From contig JBBDPM010000006.1 of the NCBI GenBank assembly GCA_040876345.1, forward strand, positions 6,803 through 70,802: a stretch of 64,000 nt of DNA. Direction: 5' to 3'. The position numbers and the translations under genes were made by a program. Position 1 is the first letter of the stretch. Every line of letters begins with the position of its first letter. This document shows positions 51,023 through 60,923 of the stretch, one piece after another. This DNA comes from Candidatus Woykebacteria bacterium. Lineage in GTDB: Bacteria > Patescibacteriota > Microgenomatia > Woykebacterales > RBG-16-39-9b. The notes beneath the pieces are model-generated. The model was given only the letters and a program-made list of their open reading frames with translations, was not told the DNA's origin and did no database searches.

Positions 51023-51495
51023 AAAAGGAAAATTTTCCTCTCATAATCCTAGCACTCCTTATAATACTTCTTTTAACAATAGGTGTTTTTATAGTCTCGT
51101 TTTTACCAAAAAAGCAGGAGACCGCAACTAAACCCCCAACTGTGACAATTGGAGGCAAAATAATAAACGTGGAAGTTGCGGATTCGCCGGAAGAGAGAGA
51201 AAAAGGTCTATCTGGACGAGATTACTTGGGAGAAGGCGCTGGAATGATTTTTGTCTTTGAGGAAAAAGGCTACCCGACATTTTGGATGAAAAGTGTTAAA
51301 TTCCCATTGGATATGGTTTGGGTAAATGAAAACAGAATTGTAGATATTACTCACAATGCTAAAGTAGAGGAGAAGAGCAGCAATCTCACTATTTATAAAC
51401 CGAAAGAATCTGTTAACTACGTTTTAGAAGTAAAGGCTGGCTTTACCCAAGAAAACAATATAAAAATCGGTGATTTAGTTGAACTTGTCTTGTAA
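51019..51495 (+). CDS. DUF192-family protein
   Basis: VEVADS...KGLSGR...GMIFVF...FWMK...FPLD...YVLE. Confidence 0.9.
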   Translation: MKKENFPLIILALLIILLLTIGVFIVSFLPKKQETATKPPTVTIGGKIINVEVADSPEEREKGLSGRDYLGEGAGMIFVFEEKGYPTFWMKSVKFPLDMVWVNENRIVDITHNAKVEEKSSNLTIYKPKESVNYVLEVKAGFTQENNIKIGDLVELVL

Positions 51496-51583
51496 AAACC
51501 CGATTGACTAAATAGTAGAAAACAGGTTAAAGTTTATATAGCTTTTTTAAAACAAATCATATCTCTAAAAGGAGGTGATTTTA

Positions 51584-51733
51584 GTGATATTTGACAACCC
51601 AGTTCCAACTTCAGATCCAAATCCAGTGCCAGGTGGTGACCAGGGTGGTGCAGCTCCAACAGGTGACGGCGAAGGCCAGGGAGGCGACGCTCAACCTAGT
51701 GGTGATGATAAGCCAGCCGGTGGTGGAATGTAG
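51584..51733 (+). CDS. Small acidic Gly/Pro-rich peptide (49 aa)
   Basis: SD AAAGGAGGTGA; MIFDNPVPTSDPNPVPGGDQGGAAPTGDGEGQGGDAQPSGDDKPAGGGM; below the ORF-track cutoff. Confidence 0.7.
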   Translation: MIFDNPVPTSDPNPVPGGDQGGAAPTGDGEGQGGDAQPSGDDKPAGGGM

Positions 51734-51814
51734 AATTTATTAATTCTTTCATCAAATCTTTAAGAAAAATTAAATACTTTCTTAATTAGTTTGTTTGGTG
51801 ATGGGGGCGAAGAC

Positions 51815-52318
51815 TTACCTGGTTTTGGAAAAATTGGTAACTAAGGCAATTGATCCGTTTGGTATTATGTGAACTGAACCGTCTTTGTCGCGTAGTTTTA
51901 CAGTCCGAAGTGTCATTTTCTCAACATTACCTTTTTTTCCGGAAATTTCAACTTCGTCTCCTTCACTAAACTGATTTTCCATTAGGATAAAGGCGCCAGA
52001 GATAACATCTTTCACTAGTGTCTGGGCGCCAAAGCCAACTGCCAAACCCAAAATACCTGCACTTGCAAGAAGTGGGGTTATATCAAATCCAATTTCCCGA
52101 AGAATCATAAATGCAGCCACTACCCAAATCAGTGTCGAAATGGCCGCTTTTACAAGACTTGTAAGAGTTTTAAGCCTCTTACCTTTGGGGGTACCAGCCG
52201 AAATAGCCACCACAAAGCTTTTAGTTAGAAATTGAGTGGCTAGCCAAGTAAGAAAGGCGATTAATAATATGTAGATGATTTTTATCGTGCTTACAGTAAT
52301 TTCCACCGCTTTAATCAT
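51815..52318 (-). CDS. Small-conductance mechanosensitive channel family protein (short)
   Basis: LLASAGILGLAVGFGAQTLVKD, GDEV, IPNG. Confidence 0.88.
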   Translation of the reverse strand: MIKAVEITVSTIKIIYILLIAFLTWLATQFLTKSFVVAISAGTPKGKRLKTLTSLVKAAISTLIWVVAAFMILREIGFDITPLLASAGILGLAVGFGAQTLVKDVISGAFILMENQFSEGDEVEISGKKGNVEKMTLRTVKLRDKDGSVHIIPNGSIALVTNFSKTR

Positions 52319-52589
52319 AACACAAAAACTCTATTTGAAATTTAAACTTCTTTAAACTAAACTTTCCTTATGAAAACTGGTTTAGCCACACTTGCGTTAC
52401 ACGGAGGCTCAGCCAAAAGTTAGTAAAATACCGTAAAGTATACGTTTGCTCACATAGGTAAAGACGGTACACCTTGTGGTACAGCGCCTCCAAACTTCAC
52501 TTCTTTGACCCATAGTCTTGTATTTTAGTTCTATTTACATTAAAATAAGATCAGAGGACAAATCAGCGAGGATAGAGTTCAAGGAGGAT

Positions 52590-52913
52590 ATGAGGAATAT
52601 AATGAAACAGCTCCGACCAGTCCCCCTGGCAATTCTGGCGGCCTTGTCATTGTACCCACGCCCAGTCTCAGAGATTGCAACGGAAGTAGGGGAAATGATT
52701 GGCGAACCAGTCAGCGCACCAACTCTCTACGGAGTGACTGGATCCCTTCTCAGGCTTGGGTAACTTGAGGTTGACACGAACCGTACCATCAATCGGCGCT
52801 CCCTCTACCTGAAAATCACCAAAATCAGGCACCGAGCGCTCGAAGAGGGTACACGGAGACTGGAGCGCCTCACAAGCTACCTACGTCAACCTTCACTTAG
52901 GCCAGTAACCTAG
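52590..52913 (+). pseudogene. PadR-like winged-helix regulator with an in-frame TAA
   Basis: ILAALS...EIA...VSAPTLYG...LLRLG*LEV...RRSLYLKIT...ALEE; stop at 52761-52763, frame continues to TAG 52913. Confidence 0.7.
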
Positions 52914-53028
52914 TGCTTGGCATCTTGAAAGGAGGTAAGAAGAGAGATGCCACATCTATTCAATTAAGAATTAATAATTCAGAATTAAAAATCCCTTAAA
53001 CATCTAAAGTGTACCTCTTTTTTTATTT

Positions 53029-54093
53029 TTATGTTAAATCAGAAGGCAAGGCTGTTTTTTCTATTCTAATTCCAAGTGTTTTGGCCAGATCAGCTCTCTT
53101 CCAAGGTGCATCTACCTCAATATCTGGTAGCCCGGAAACTTTTCTAATTGGCGGCTGATGAGGATCTTTCCTAAGTGTTTCCGGGATTAAGTCTTCTTCC
53201 CAAACGTAGCGCCGCTCCACTCTCTCGCCAGTATCAAAATCAACCATCTCCTGCGTCTTCGGAATTGTAACTTCGTAATCAACTTTGTCTTGCTGTTCAG
53301 CGCGATAAAAGATCAGTCTGACTTCGTCACCAGTAGTAACAATTTGTAATTTCTTACCACCGAAATTAAGTTCCTCAACTTCCCCAAAGGACTGGGTATG
53401 ACCATCATGCTCTAATTTTTCTGCGCCGTTTTTTAAGGTCAAAATTAAATCAGACCTATGAAATCGGAACTCTGGTTTATAATCACTTCTAAAAATTTCT
53501 GTGGCACGATTAACTGTAACCTCACTTAGTTCCTCTTGTTCGTATGTAACCTCCAAACCCTCATCTCTAACAATCTGAAAAAAACGCATATCATCCCGAT
53601 ATCTTCTTAACCAAACGGCTTCAGAAGTCGGCATCTTAAAACCTTGATGACTCTTACTTCCTTTTAATAGATCAGGAGAAATCTGATCTCTACCAAGGCT
53701 AAACTCCGAATATGGTTTGTCAAGTGATGTATTTACCCAAAAACTTGATTGTATCTCGAAGTCGATAATCTTTTGATCATCTTCCAACAATCTTTGATTA
53801 AACCTGTAAAAATATCTTGCTCCTGAAATTGAATCTCCGTGATCAAATCTATCCGCCGCAAAAAGGTGATCTGGGTCAATTTGTCGTGGATTACCGTCAA
53901 GTAGTACCACACGTCTGTCAGCGAACTTTTGAAACTCTTTTTTTACATATTCTGGAATTGAAATATCAACTGAGCCTAATGGGGTAGAGGATTCATCACT
54001 ATTTGGGCCGTTATTGATTTCCTTGGGGATTCCGGTTATGTCTTCCGGACCAACCGGATTCTCATATTCATCAACGGCTAACATCAAATTCAC
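53029..54093 (-). CDS. Hypothetical acidic protein (354 aa)
   Basis: Long ORF whose start overlaps the response regulator stop codon. Confidence 0.75.
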   Translation of the reverse strand: MNLMLAVDEYENPVGPEDITGIPKEINNGPNSDESSTPLGSVDISIPEYVKKEFQKFADRRVVLLDGNPRQIDPDHLFAADRFDHGDSISGARYFYRFNQRLLEDDQKIIDFEIQSSFWVNTSLDKPYSEFSLGRDQISPDLLKGSKSHQGFKMPTSEAVWLRRYRDDMRFFQIVRDEGLEVTYEQEELSEVTVNRATEIFRSDYKPEFRFHRSDLILTLKNGAEKLEHDGHTQSFGEVEELNFGGKKLQIVTTGDEVRLIFYRAEQQDKVDYEVTIPKTQEMVDFDTGERVERRYVWEEDLIPETLRKDPHQPPIRKVSGLPDIEVDAPWKRADLAKTLGIRIEKTALPSDLT

Positions 54094-54503
54094 TCCAAAC
54101 CAAATTCTTTAAGATCCACTTGCGCGGGGCCTTTGGTGAAATGATCGTTTACCGCTTGAAGCACTTGGGAGGGAAGTACTCGGGCTTTAAGAAGATATCC
54201 TTGAGCTCCAATCTCAAGAGCTTGTTTAATGATAGATCCTTTACCTAAGTTAGTTAACAAATAAATTGGGGTGTCTTTATTTTGATTCCCGGGAAGCCTT
54301 ACTTCCTTGAGAACGTCAATACCAGTTTTCTTAGGAAGCATTATATCCAAAAGGATTAAATCGTACTTCTGAGTTTTAGTTTTCTCCACACCTTCCATGC
54401 CATCTTCAGCAATAAAAGTCTCGTAGTCACCTTTATTTAACTCTCTGGCATAAATATCGCGGATAAAAACATCATCCTCAATAAGTAGTATCTTTTTTTC
54501 CAT
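54090..54503 (-). CDS. Single-domain response regulator (receiver)
   Basis: ILLIEDD, DLILLDIMLP, LTN, YLLK. Confidence 0.92.
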   Translation of the reverse strand: MEKKILLIEDDVFIRDIYARELNKGDYETFIAEDGMEGVEKTKTQKYDLILLDIMLPKKTGIDVLKEVRLPGNQNKDTPIYLLTNLGKGSIIKQALEIGAQGYLLKARVLPSQVLQAVNDHFTKGPAQVDLKEFGLE

Positions 54504-54607
54504 ATCCTTAGTAAAATTAAAACATAAGTAGATTGCCTTGTCTAGAAGCTTTTCTGTTGGGATTTGGTAATTGATAAGCAGTCCCTTTCCTGGTATTTTA
54601 TTAGTGC

Positions 54608-55216
54608 ATGGAAAACTTTCCCGAGGAAAGCACTAATGTAATCAAAGTCTCACCACCATCAACTTCTTCAGATAGAAGATCTTTAATTATTGCTCTCTTT
54701 GCGGTTTTGCTCATAATTGGCATCTTAACCTTCGCAGCTGGCTTCCTTATTGGTAAGCTAAATTATGCTGCTTCCAACAATAAAATCTCCAAAGAATCTT
54801 CGCCTTCAGCGGCGATTGCTGGCTGGTCTCTGTATAAAGATGACGAGGCTCAATTTGCGCTCTCCCATCCAAAAGAGTGGGACACCAAAAAGCACGAAAA
54901 AAGTGATTATGAGGGCGTAAAAATAAGCTCCAAAAAAGGCTACGTTGATCTAACTCTACTAACGGATCAACCCTTTAGCCTGAGTGAGAAACACCAAAAA
55001 GCTTTGGATAAAGAAGAGCCATTAGAAATATCGGTGGGCGAGAAAAAAGCTTCGGGAACTTCTTATAAGTACAAGGCGGGTAACTATCTAATGGTCCTTG
55101 TCCTACCAGATACTGAAACTACGCCTCAAGTAACATTTTGGCTGGAGGCTGATGAGGACCAAACTAAAGATGAAGCCCTGAAGATAGTCGAATCATTCAA
55201 GTTTTTTAGTAATTAA
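54608..55216 (+). CDS. Membrane-anchored protein, PsbP-like fold
   Basis: TM; WSLYKD...FALSHPKEW...KIVESFKF. Confidence 0.6.
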   Translation: MENFPEESTNVIKVSPPSTSSDRRSLIIALFAVLLIIGILTFAAGFLIGKLNYAASNNKISKESSPSAAIAGWSLYKDDEAQFALSHPKEWDTKKHEKSDYEGVKISSKKGYVDLTLLTDQPFSLSEKHQKALDKEEPLEISVGEKKASGTSYKYKAGNYLMVLVLPDTETTPQVTFWLEADEDQTKDEALKIVESFKFFSN

Positions 55217-55220
55217 AGCT

Positions 55221-55619
55221 GTGCAAAAAACTTTCTTAGTCGAAACGAAAAGGGCAAAAGAAGTAATTGATATTACAAGTCAGGTAGAGAGCAGTATCGA
55301 CAATGTAGAGGAAGGGCTCTGCCTTGTATTTAATCTTCACACTACTTGTAGCGTAATGCTCGGAGAATTTGAGCCAGGCCTCGACCAAGATTTTATTAAC
55401 ATGTTTGAGCAGCTCAAACCAAAAGGTCCTTTTAAACACGCGCATGAGCCAGACCACGCACCTTCACACTTATTCAGCAGTATGGTAGGGGAGCAAGTGT
55501 TAGTTCCAGTCAAAAGTGGGCAAATGGTACTCGGTACCTGGCAAAGCATAATGCTTGTAGAATTCGACGGGCCAAGAAGCCGAAAAATCGTTGTTCAAAC
55601 AATTGGTCAAACGAAATAA
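55221..55619 (+). CDS. yjbQ: YjbQ/UPF0047 family protein
   Basis: DIT, HTT, HAPSH, LGTWQ, EFDGPR. Confidence 0.9.
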   Translation: MQKTFLVETKRAKEVIDITSQVESSIDNVEEGLCLVFNLHTTCSVMLGEFEPGLDQDFINMFEQLKPKGPFKHAHEPDHAPSHLFSSMVGEQVLVPVKSGQMVLGTWQSIMLVEFDGPRSRKIVVQTIGQTK

Positions 55620-55668
55620 CCAAAAGGAAGCTTGCGTTAAGTTTTCTTTTTAGTTAAACTAGCCTCAA

Positions 55669-56541
55669 ATGAAAAAATTCTTGCCCGCCGTCATTGTTTT
55701 GATTGTAATAGTAATTGTGGCTTCTGGCGGCTACTTTATCTACAAAACCCTCAAAGGTGGGAGCTCCACAGTAGTTTCTCAAAATGTGAGTGAAGAAGAG
55801 AAAAAAGAAAAGGCAAAGCAAGAAAGAGCCGAGCAGCAAGATCTTCTTCTGGAAAAACTGAAAGTTCTGTTCAAGCAGCAAGCCCCTGGTGCAAGCTTTA
55901 GTGTTGCCGTCTATGATCTAAATAATGATGAGTATTTTGGCTTCAATGATACTAAAGCTCAACACGCAGCCTCAGTATCCAAAGTTTTCACCTCAGTTTA
56001 CACCTACTATCTGTCCGAACAGGGTAAATTCAGCTTAACAGACATTCTAGGTGCTTATAACGTAGAGACTCAGATCAAGTACCTTATAAACCAAAGTAAT
56101 GAACCTAGCTGGGAGTTGATAGATGAATTAATAGGGAGAGACCCACAAAACAAGTTTGCAAAAAGTCTTGGTTTTGCAACAGTGGATCTACGCCTGGGCA
56201 AAAACATAATGTCTCCCAAAGATGCAACCATGCTTTTGGTGAAACTTGCCAAAGGGGAGATTATTTCGGAAGAAAACAGAGATAAGCTCTTCTCTTACAT
56301 GCAAAATACGGAAAGCGAAAATTTCTTCTCCCCTGGCTTTCCTCAAGGCACAATTTTTTATCATAAAACTGGTAAATACTTAGGTGAGGGACATGATAAT
56401 GCTTACGTAGCCCATCCGCAAAATCCATTTGTTCTGACTGTTTTTAGTAACAATACAGCCGCTCCGAGCCTAGTTGGCAGAGGAAAAGTCATGACTCTAG
56501 TAGCCCAAGAGGTTTATAATTATTTCGATAGTTTGAAATAG
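55669..56541 (+). CDS. Membrane-anchored serine hydrolase, class A beta-lactamase-like fold
   Basis: AASVSK (SxxK), HKTG; the SxN motif is altered (SNE). Confidence 0.85.
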   Translation: MKKFLPAVIVLIVIVIVASGGYFIYKTLKGGSSTVVSQNVSEEEKKEKAKQERAEQQDLLLEKLKVLFKQQAPGASFSVAVYDLNNDEYFGFNDTKAQHAASVSKVFTSVYTYYLSEQGKFSLTDILGAYNVETQIKYLINQSNEPSWELIDELIGRDPQNKFAKSLGFATVDLRLGKNIMSPKDATMLLVKLAKGEIISEENRDKLFSYMQNTESENFFSPGFPQGTIFYHKTGKYLGEGHDNAYVAHPQNPFVLTVFSNNTAAPSLVGRGKVMTLVAQEVYNYFDSLK

Positions 56542-56558
56542 GAAGGGAGGTGAAATAA

Positions 56559-56732
56559 ATGGACAAAAAATCTGCCTTTATAGGGCTAATTGCTCTTTCG
56601 GCATTATCAGTATTTGTAGCCGCTCTTGATTACCTTGCAGATTTAACGCTTTTTAATCTAGGCGCGGATTCCTGGATGTTAGTCGGAATCGCCCTTGGTG
56701 TTTGGGCCCTGATTGTCAAAGAATGGAGCTAG
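56559..56732 (+). CDS. Small two-TM membrane protein (57 aa)
   Basis: SD GGGAGGTGA; MDKKSAFIGLIALSALSVFVAALDYLADLTLFNLGADSWMLVGIALGVWALIVKEWS. Confidence 0.7.
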   Translation: MDKKSAFIGLIALSALSVFVAALDYLADLTLFNLGADSWMLVGIALGVWALIVKEWS

Positions 56733-56999
56733 AAATACCCTAATATAATCGAATTATCTAATTCGAATTTATTCGAATAAAATTCGGTTGCATTGTCATG
56801 GAAGCAACCGAAAACAGTCCTCAAGATAAAATCCGAACCCGTTGCCTACATTAAAAGAGACCTCGATCTCATTAAAGATTGATCTTACAACCTCTTTAAT
56901 CTAACCCCATAGTTATTGACTCATCCGTATAAATGTGCCAATATTTACCTCTTACGTAAGCCAAACGAGCTTGTGCTAGATGAAGAGAGGAGAAGCAAC

Positions 57000-57416
57000 G
57001 TGGAAATCACGTACGAAAGCACGATCTAACTCAAGGATCTCACAGCGATTGCTAGGGAGATCCTGCCTCAAGTCCTGGAAAAACTGGTAGTGGGAGACGG
57101 GCTTACTAACCCTGTCCAAACAACCCTGATCCTCCCGGAAGGCCTCGAACTGGACATTACGTCTGCAAAGGGTTTTACCCCTTTGACCGAGGATGATCTC
57201 GACAGAATGGCCAAGGGTTGGGCCGAAAAGTTCCTCGAACAACTGACGATCCGCGGCATCGAGATCTACTCGGACTTCGATCACAAGGGTGTCATACTCG
57301 AACAGGAACTGGCACCTGAAGATCGGGCTTTCATACTCGTCATGCAAGTGCAACTATCCAGAAGCTGCGACAAGCAATCGGCACGGCCTAGAATTAGAAA
57401 GAGGAGGTTCCCTTGA
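57000..57416 (+). pseudogene. Hypothetical protein with an in-frame TAA at codon 10
   Basis: SD GAGGAG before GTG 57000; MEITYESTI*LKDLTAIAREILPQVLEKLV runs in frame into the 57090-57416 ORF. Confidence 0.55.
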
Positions 57417-57682
57417 AGATATCGGGAGAAATAACTTTCGACCAGATCGTATTGGCTGGTTCGAACTTCCTTTCGGCCTTGGAAAAGCCAGAGGAACACA
57501 AGCAAATGACTGTCGAGGGGTACACCGAAATGTTCCTTGACGGTCTGAAAGATCGAGGAATCTCCACGTGGGACGAGCTTCTCGCTGAGGACAATCGCGA
57601 GATCTTCACCGAAAGTGACCAAAAGGAGGCAGACCCACTGATGCGTCAGTTCTTAGCGGTGATCCTCCACGAAGTCACTTAA
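57413..57682 (+). CDS. Small acidic hypothetical protein (89 aa)
   Basis: SD GAGGAGGT before TTG; overlaps the upstream stop. Confidence 0.65.
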   Translation: MKISGEITFDQIVLAGSNFLSALEKPEEHKQMTVEGYTEMFLDGLKDRGISTWDELLAEDNREIFTESDQKEADPLMRQFLAVILHEVT

Positions 57683-58564
57683 CAGTCCCAACAGGGACCG
57701 TAAGCACCTGACTGCAGGGTCACAATCTTCGGAACGTGGCCCTTGCTCCTGAGGAAATCTTTGAAAAAAAGGTTTCTTGAAGAGCAAGATTACTTGTCTT
57801 GTGCAAAGACTTTTCTTGACTGAGGAAGGCAATTATGACAGCTCTCTCACCAAATGCTCTAGGGATCCAACTTGGATTCTCAGGAAACCTGAGACGATTA
57901 GTTGTCGTACTTGTACCCATTATGCTCTTTCCAAAAGACAACGGAAAGCAGATAGAGGTGGTGGAAGTCTTTGACAAGGCCTCCGTGAGACTCATGCGGT
58001 ATAAAAACCTAGCCAGCGTTGGCTTCGGTGTACGCTACCGCCTAGGTCCGTCGGTGCTCGTGTGCTTCCTTCCATGGGTCCTAAAAAGAGGAAAGTGGAG
58101 GGCTAGATCACACCTGACCACCACTTCATCTATAAATTTCCAAACATTCTTCAATATCAGTTATTTAAAACAGCTTTATCTTTTGTATGGAGTATGAACT
58201 TGAATAAGGAGAGGGCTCGGTGGTGGAGGTGAGATCCTCAACAACACCAAGCCTTCCGAGCAGGGCGGTGATGGTGCAATAACCGGCAGGGGTTTACTAG
58301 CACACCACCCGAACTCTCTCTTGAGTTCTTGGAGGGGGATAATCCAGTTCCTAAGCCTGGATCACTTGCAACACGGTCAAGAGGGTGCAGCTTGATATTG
58401 GGCTGAAATATCCGCGCATCATCCTCTAAACCCAAACCATCCCGTGAGGTAGACGGTTAGTTTGCAAGGAGCAGCAAGTTTTACCGACTTAAGCTCAATC
58501 CCCGTCCCTGTGGGCCGATTATAACATATTATTTCGTAGGTACAAATCCAGTATAATAGAGCTG

Positions 58565-59179
58565 ATGATAAAACTGTTATCTTTTGGCGCAATAATCTTA
58601 CTTATTGCTGGTGGCGTTTTGTTTTTCTTAGTAAAAAGATCTGAAGGTGAAAAAATTAGTCGAGATGATTTAATCATATTTTTTGGTGACAGCTTAACAG
58701 CTGGGGTTGGAGCAGTTCTTGGGGAAGATTACCCCTCCGTGGTTGCAAAAGATATTGGCCTGACCAACTCAATCAATGCCGGGATCTCAGGCGACACTAC
58801 TGAAACTGCCTTACAAAGACTGGAAATAGATGTGTTATCTAAAAAACCCTCTTTAGTAGTTGTTTTCCTGGGTGGAAATGATTTTCTAAAGAGAGCCCCA
58901 ACGAAGGAGACAACGGAAAATGTAGACGAGATCGTCCGCAAAATTTCTGAGACAGGATCTAAGGTTATTTTAGTTCACATTCGATCTAACATCTTGAGCG
59001 ATAAATACCTATCTCCTGCTGAAGAAATCGCTAAAAAATATAAAGCAGAGTTTGTGGCCGATGTTTTGAACGGAATTTTAACTAACCCTGAACTTATGTC
59101 CGATCAAATCCATCCTAATGCACAAGGATATAAGATACTAGCAAAGCGTATTGGGGCAGCTGTCAGAAAGTTCTTGTAA
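58565..59179 (+). CDS. SGNH/GDSL arylesterase
   Basis: FGDSLT, NAGISGDT, LGGND, DQIHPN. Confidence 0.92.
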   Translation: MIKLLSFGAIILLIAGGVLFFLVKRSEGEKISRDDLIIFFGDSLTAGVGAVLGEDYPSVVAKDIGLTNSINAGISGDTTETALQRLEIDVLSKKPSLVVVFLGGNDFLKRAPTKETTENVDEIVRKISETGSKVILVHIRSNILSDKYLSPAEEIAKKYKAEFVADVLNGILTNPELMSDQIHPNAQGYKILAKRIGAAVRKFL

Positions 59180-59202
59180 AGGAGTATAATTCCACCTGAT
59201 CT

Positions 59203-59772
59203 ATGAAAAAACCACCCAAAGTTAAAATCTACACAAGGACTGGAGATAGGGGTGAGACTTCTCTTTATGGCGGTAAAAGAATTAGCAAGGATCATCTTAG
59301 GGTTGAAACCTACGGGACAATTGATGAATTAAACGCTGCTCTTGGAACTGCCCATTCTTTTATTACTGACACTAAAATTCGAACGATTATTGAGAAAATT
59401 CAAAACGAACTTTTTAATATTGGTGCTGAGCTTTCAACTCCTACCAAAGTTGGAAAAGATACAAAACAAAAATTCTCTATAGGTAAAGAAAAAATACAAT
59501 ATTTGGAGAATGTAATAGATCAGTTAGATGAAAAATTACCGCTGCTTAGGAATTTTATCTTGCCCGGGGGATCAAATGCCTCGTCGTTATTACAACTTTC
59601 CCGTTCCATAGCAAGAAGAGCCGAAAGACGGCTAATAACTCTTTCCAGAAAAGAAGAAATCAACGAAAATCTTCTCTCTTACATAAATAGGCTCTCTGAC
59701 TTCCTTTTTGTTCTAGCTCGTTATTTGAATAAAAAGACCAACGGCAACGAAACAATCTGGAAAAAAGAATGA
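59203..59772 (+). CDS. PduO-type ATP:cob(I)alamin adenosyltransferase
   Basis: IYTRTGDRGET, YGTIDELN, FILPGG, RRAER, NRLSD. Confidence 0.93.
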   Translation: MKKPPKVKIYTRTGDRGETSLYGGKRISKDHLRVETYGTIDELNAALGTAHSFITDTKIRTIIEKIQNELFNIGAELSTPTKVGKDTKQKFSIGKEKIQYLENVIDQLDEKLPLLRNFILPGGSNASSLLQLSRSIARRAERRLITLSRKEEINENLLSYINRLSDFLFVLARYLNKKTNGNETIWKKE

Positions 59773-60881
59773 GACAAAAATCAATCCTAATTATTGGCTT
59801 GTTAACTTTTGTTTTCATAATTTATTTCTTTAAGCCAAAAATTTCTTTAGCTCCCCAAATTTTGGAATCTCCAAATGCTACGCAAAAAGAGCAAAAAGAA
59901 GAAATACAAATTCCAAAACTTTCAATTGGTGCCATCTTTGATGACAAGCTTGACACTGAGGGTTTAGACCAATCTAAGATCATCAGATTAATTGCAACCG
60001 GAGATGTAATACCAGCAAGAGGTGCAAATTGGCCCTCCGTTACAAGTGGAGATTTCACTTACAATTGGAAGAAAACTGCTTCATTTTTAAAAAATGGTGA
60101 CATAACCTTAATTAACCTTGAGTCACCCCTCACAAAAAATTGCCCGTTAATAAATGAAGGCTTTACTTTTTGCGGAGATGCTAGGCATGTTCAGGGAATT
60201 CTTTACTCAGAAGTAGATTCTGTTTCAATTTCCAACAACCATATTGGAAATTTTGGTCAGGAAGGAATAAATGAAACAACTAGCCTTCTTGAAAAAAACA
60301 AACTGGGTTGGAGTGGGTTTGGCCATTTAGACACTCAAACAGTAAAGGGGATTAGATTTGGCTTTTTAGCCTACAACGGAGTTGGCCAAAATCTCGATCT
60401 TGAAAAAATCAAATCTGAAATAAAAACTCATAAGTCCAAAGTCTATATACTAGTTGTTTCGATTCACTGGGGAGACGAGTATGTTTTGGTACCACGCGCC
60501 TATGGAAATATTGCACCAGATGATCCCAAAAAAGTGGGCCCAGAATTGATCGATGCAGGAGCAGATTTAATAATCGGAAATCACCCTCATTGGGTTCAGG
60601 GAGTTCAAATTCACGAAGACAAATTGATCGCCTATGCTCACGGGAACTTTATTTTTGACCAAACCTGGAGCAAAGAGACCCAAGAAGGGGTAGTAGGGGA
60701 GTACTTGTTTTATATTGATGATAAAAGCAAGGAGTCTAAAAAAGTTAACTTAATTGACGCTCTTTACCATCCAATTCTGGTGGATAAATCCTACCAGCCA
60801 CGATTTCTCTCAAAAAAGTCCGGACAACACATACTTGACCGCATGCTTAAATCCTCAAACCTTATTTCATCTAATAAATAG
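59769..60881 (+). CDS. CapA/PgsA-family metallophosphoesterase
   Basis: ATGDV, INLE, SNNH, IHWG, GNHPH, GNFIFDQ. Confidence 0.9.
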   Translation: MRQKSILIIGLLTFVFIIYFFKPKISLAPQILESPNATQKEQKEEIQIPKLSIGAIFDDKLDTEGLDQSKIIRLIATGDVIPARGANWPSVTSGDFTYNWKKTASFLKNGDITLINLESPLTKNCPLINEGFTFCGDARHVQGILYSEVDSVSISNNHIGNFGQEGINETTSLLEKNKLGWSGFGHLDTQTVKGIRFGFLAYNGVGQNLDLEKIKSEIKTHKSKVYILVVSIHWGDEYVLVPRAYGNIAPDDPKKVGPELIDAGADLIIGNHPHWVQGVQIHEDKLIAYAHGNFIFDQTWSKETQEGVVGEYLFYIDDKSKESKKVNLIDALYHPILVDKSYQPRFLSKKSGQHILDRMLKSSNLISSNK

Positions 60882-60923
60882 TTTTTTGACAACAAAATAT
60901 AAACTACTGTAACATTAAATTAC

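Noticed and set aside
57720-58520. Several short ORFs on both strands
   Set aside because: No convincing start signals or family motifs. Probably decayed island sequence; no specific call is supportable.
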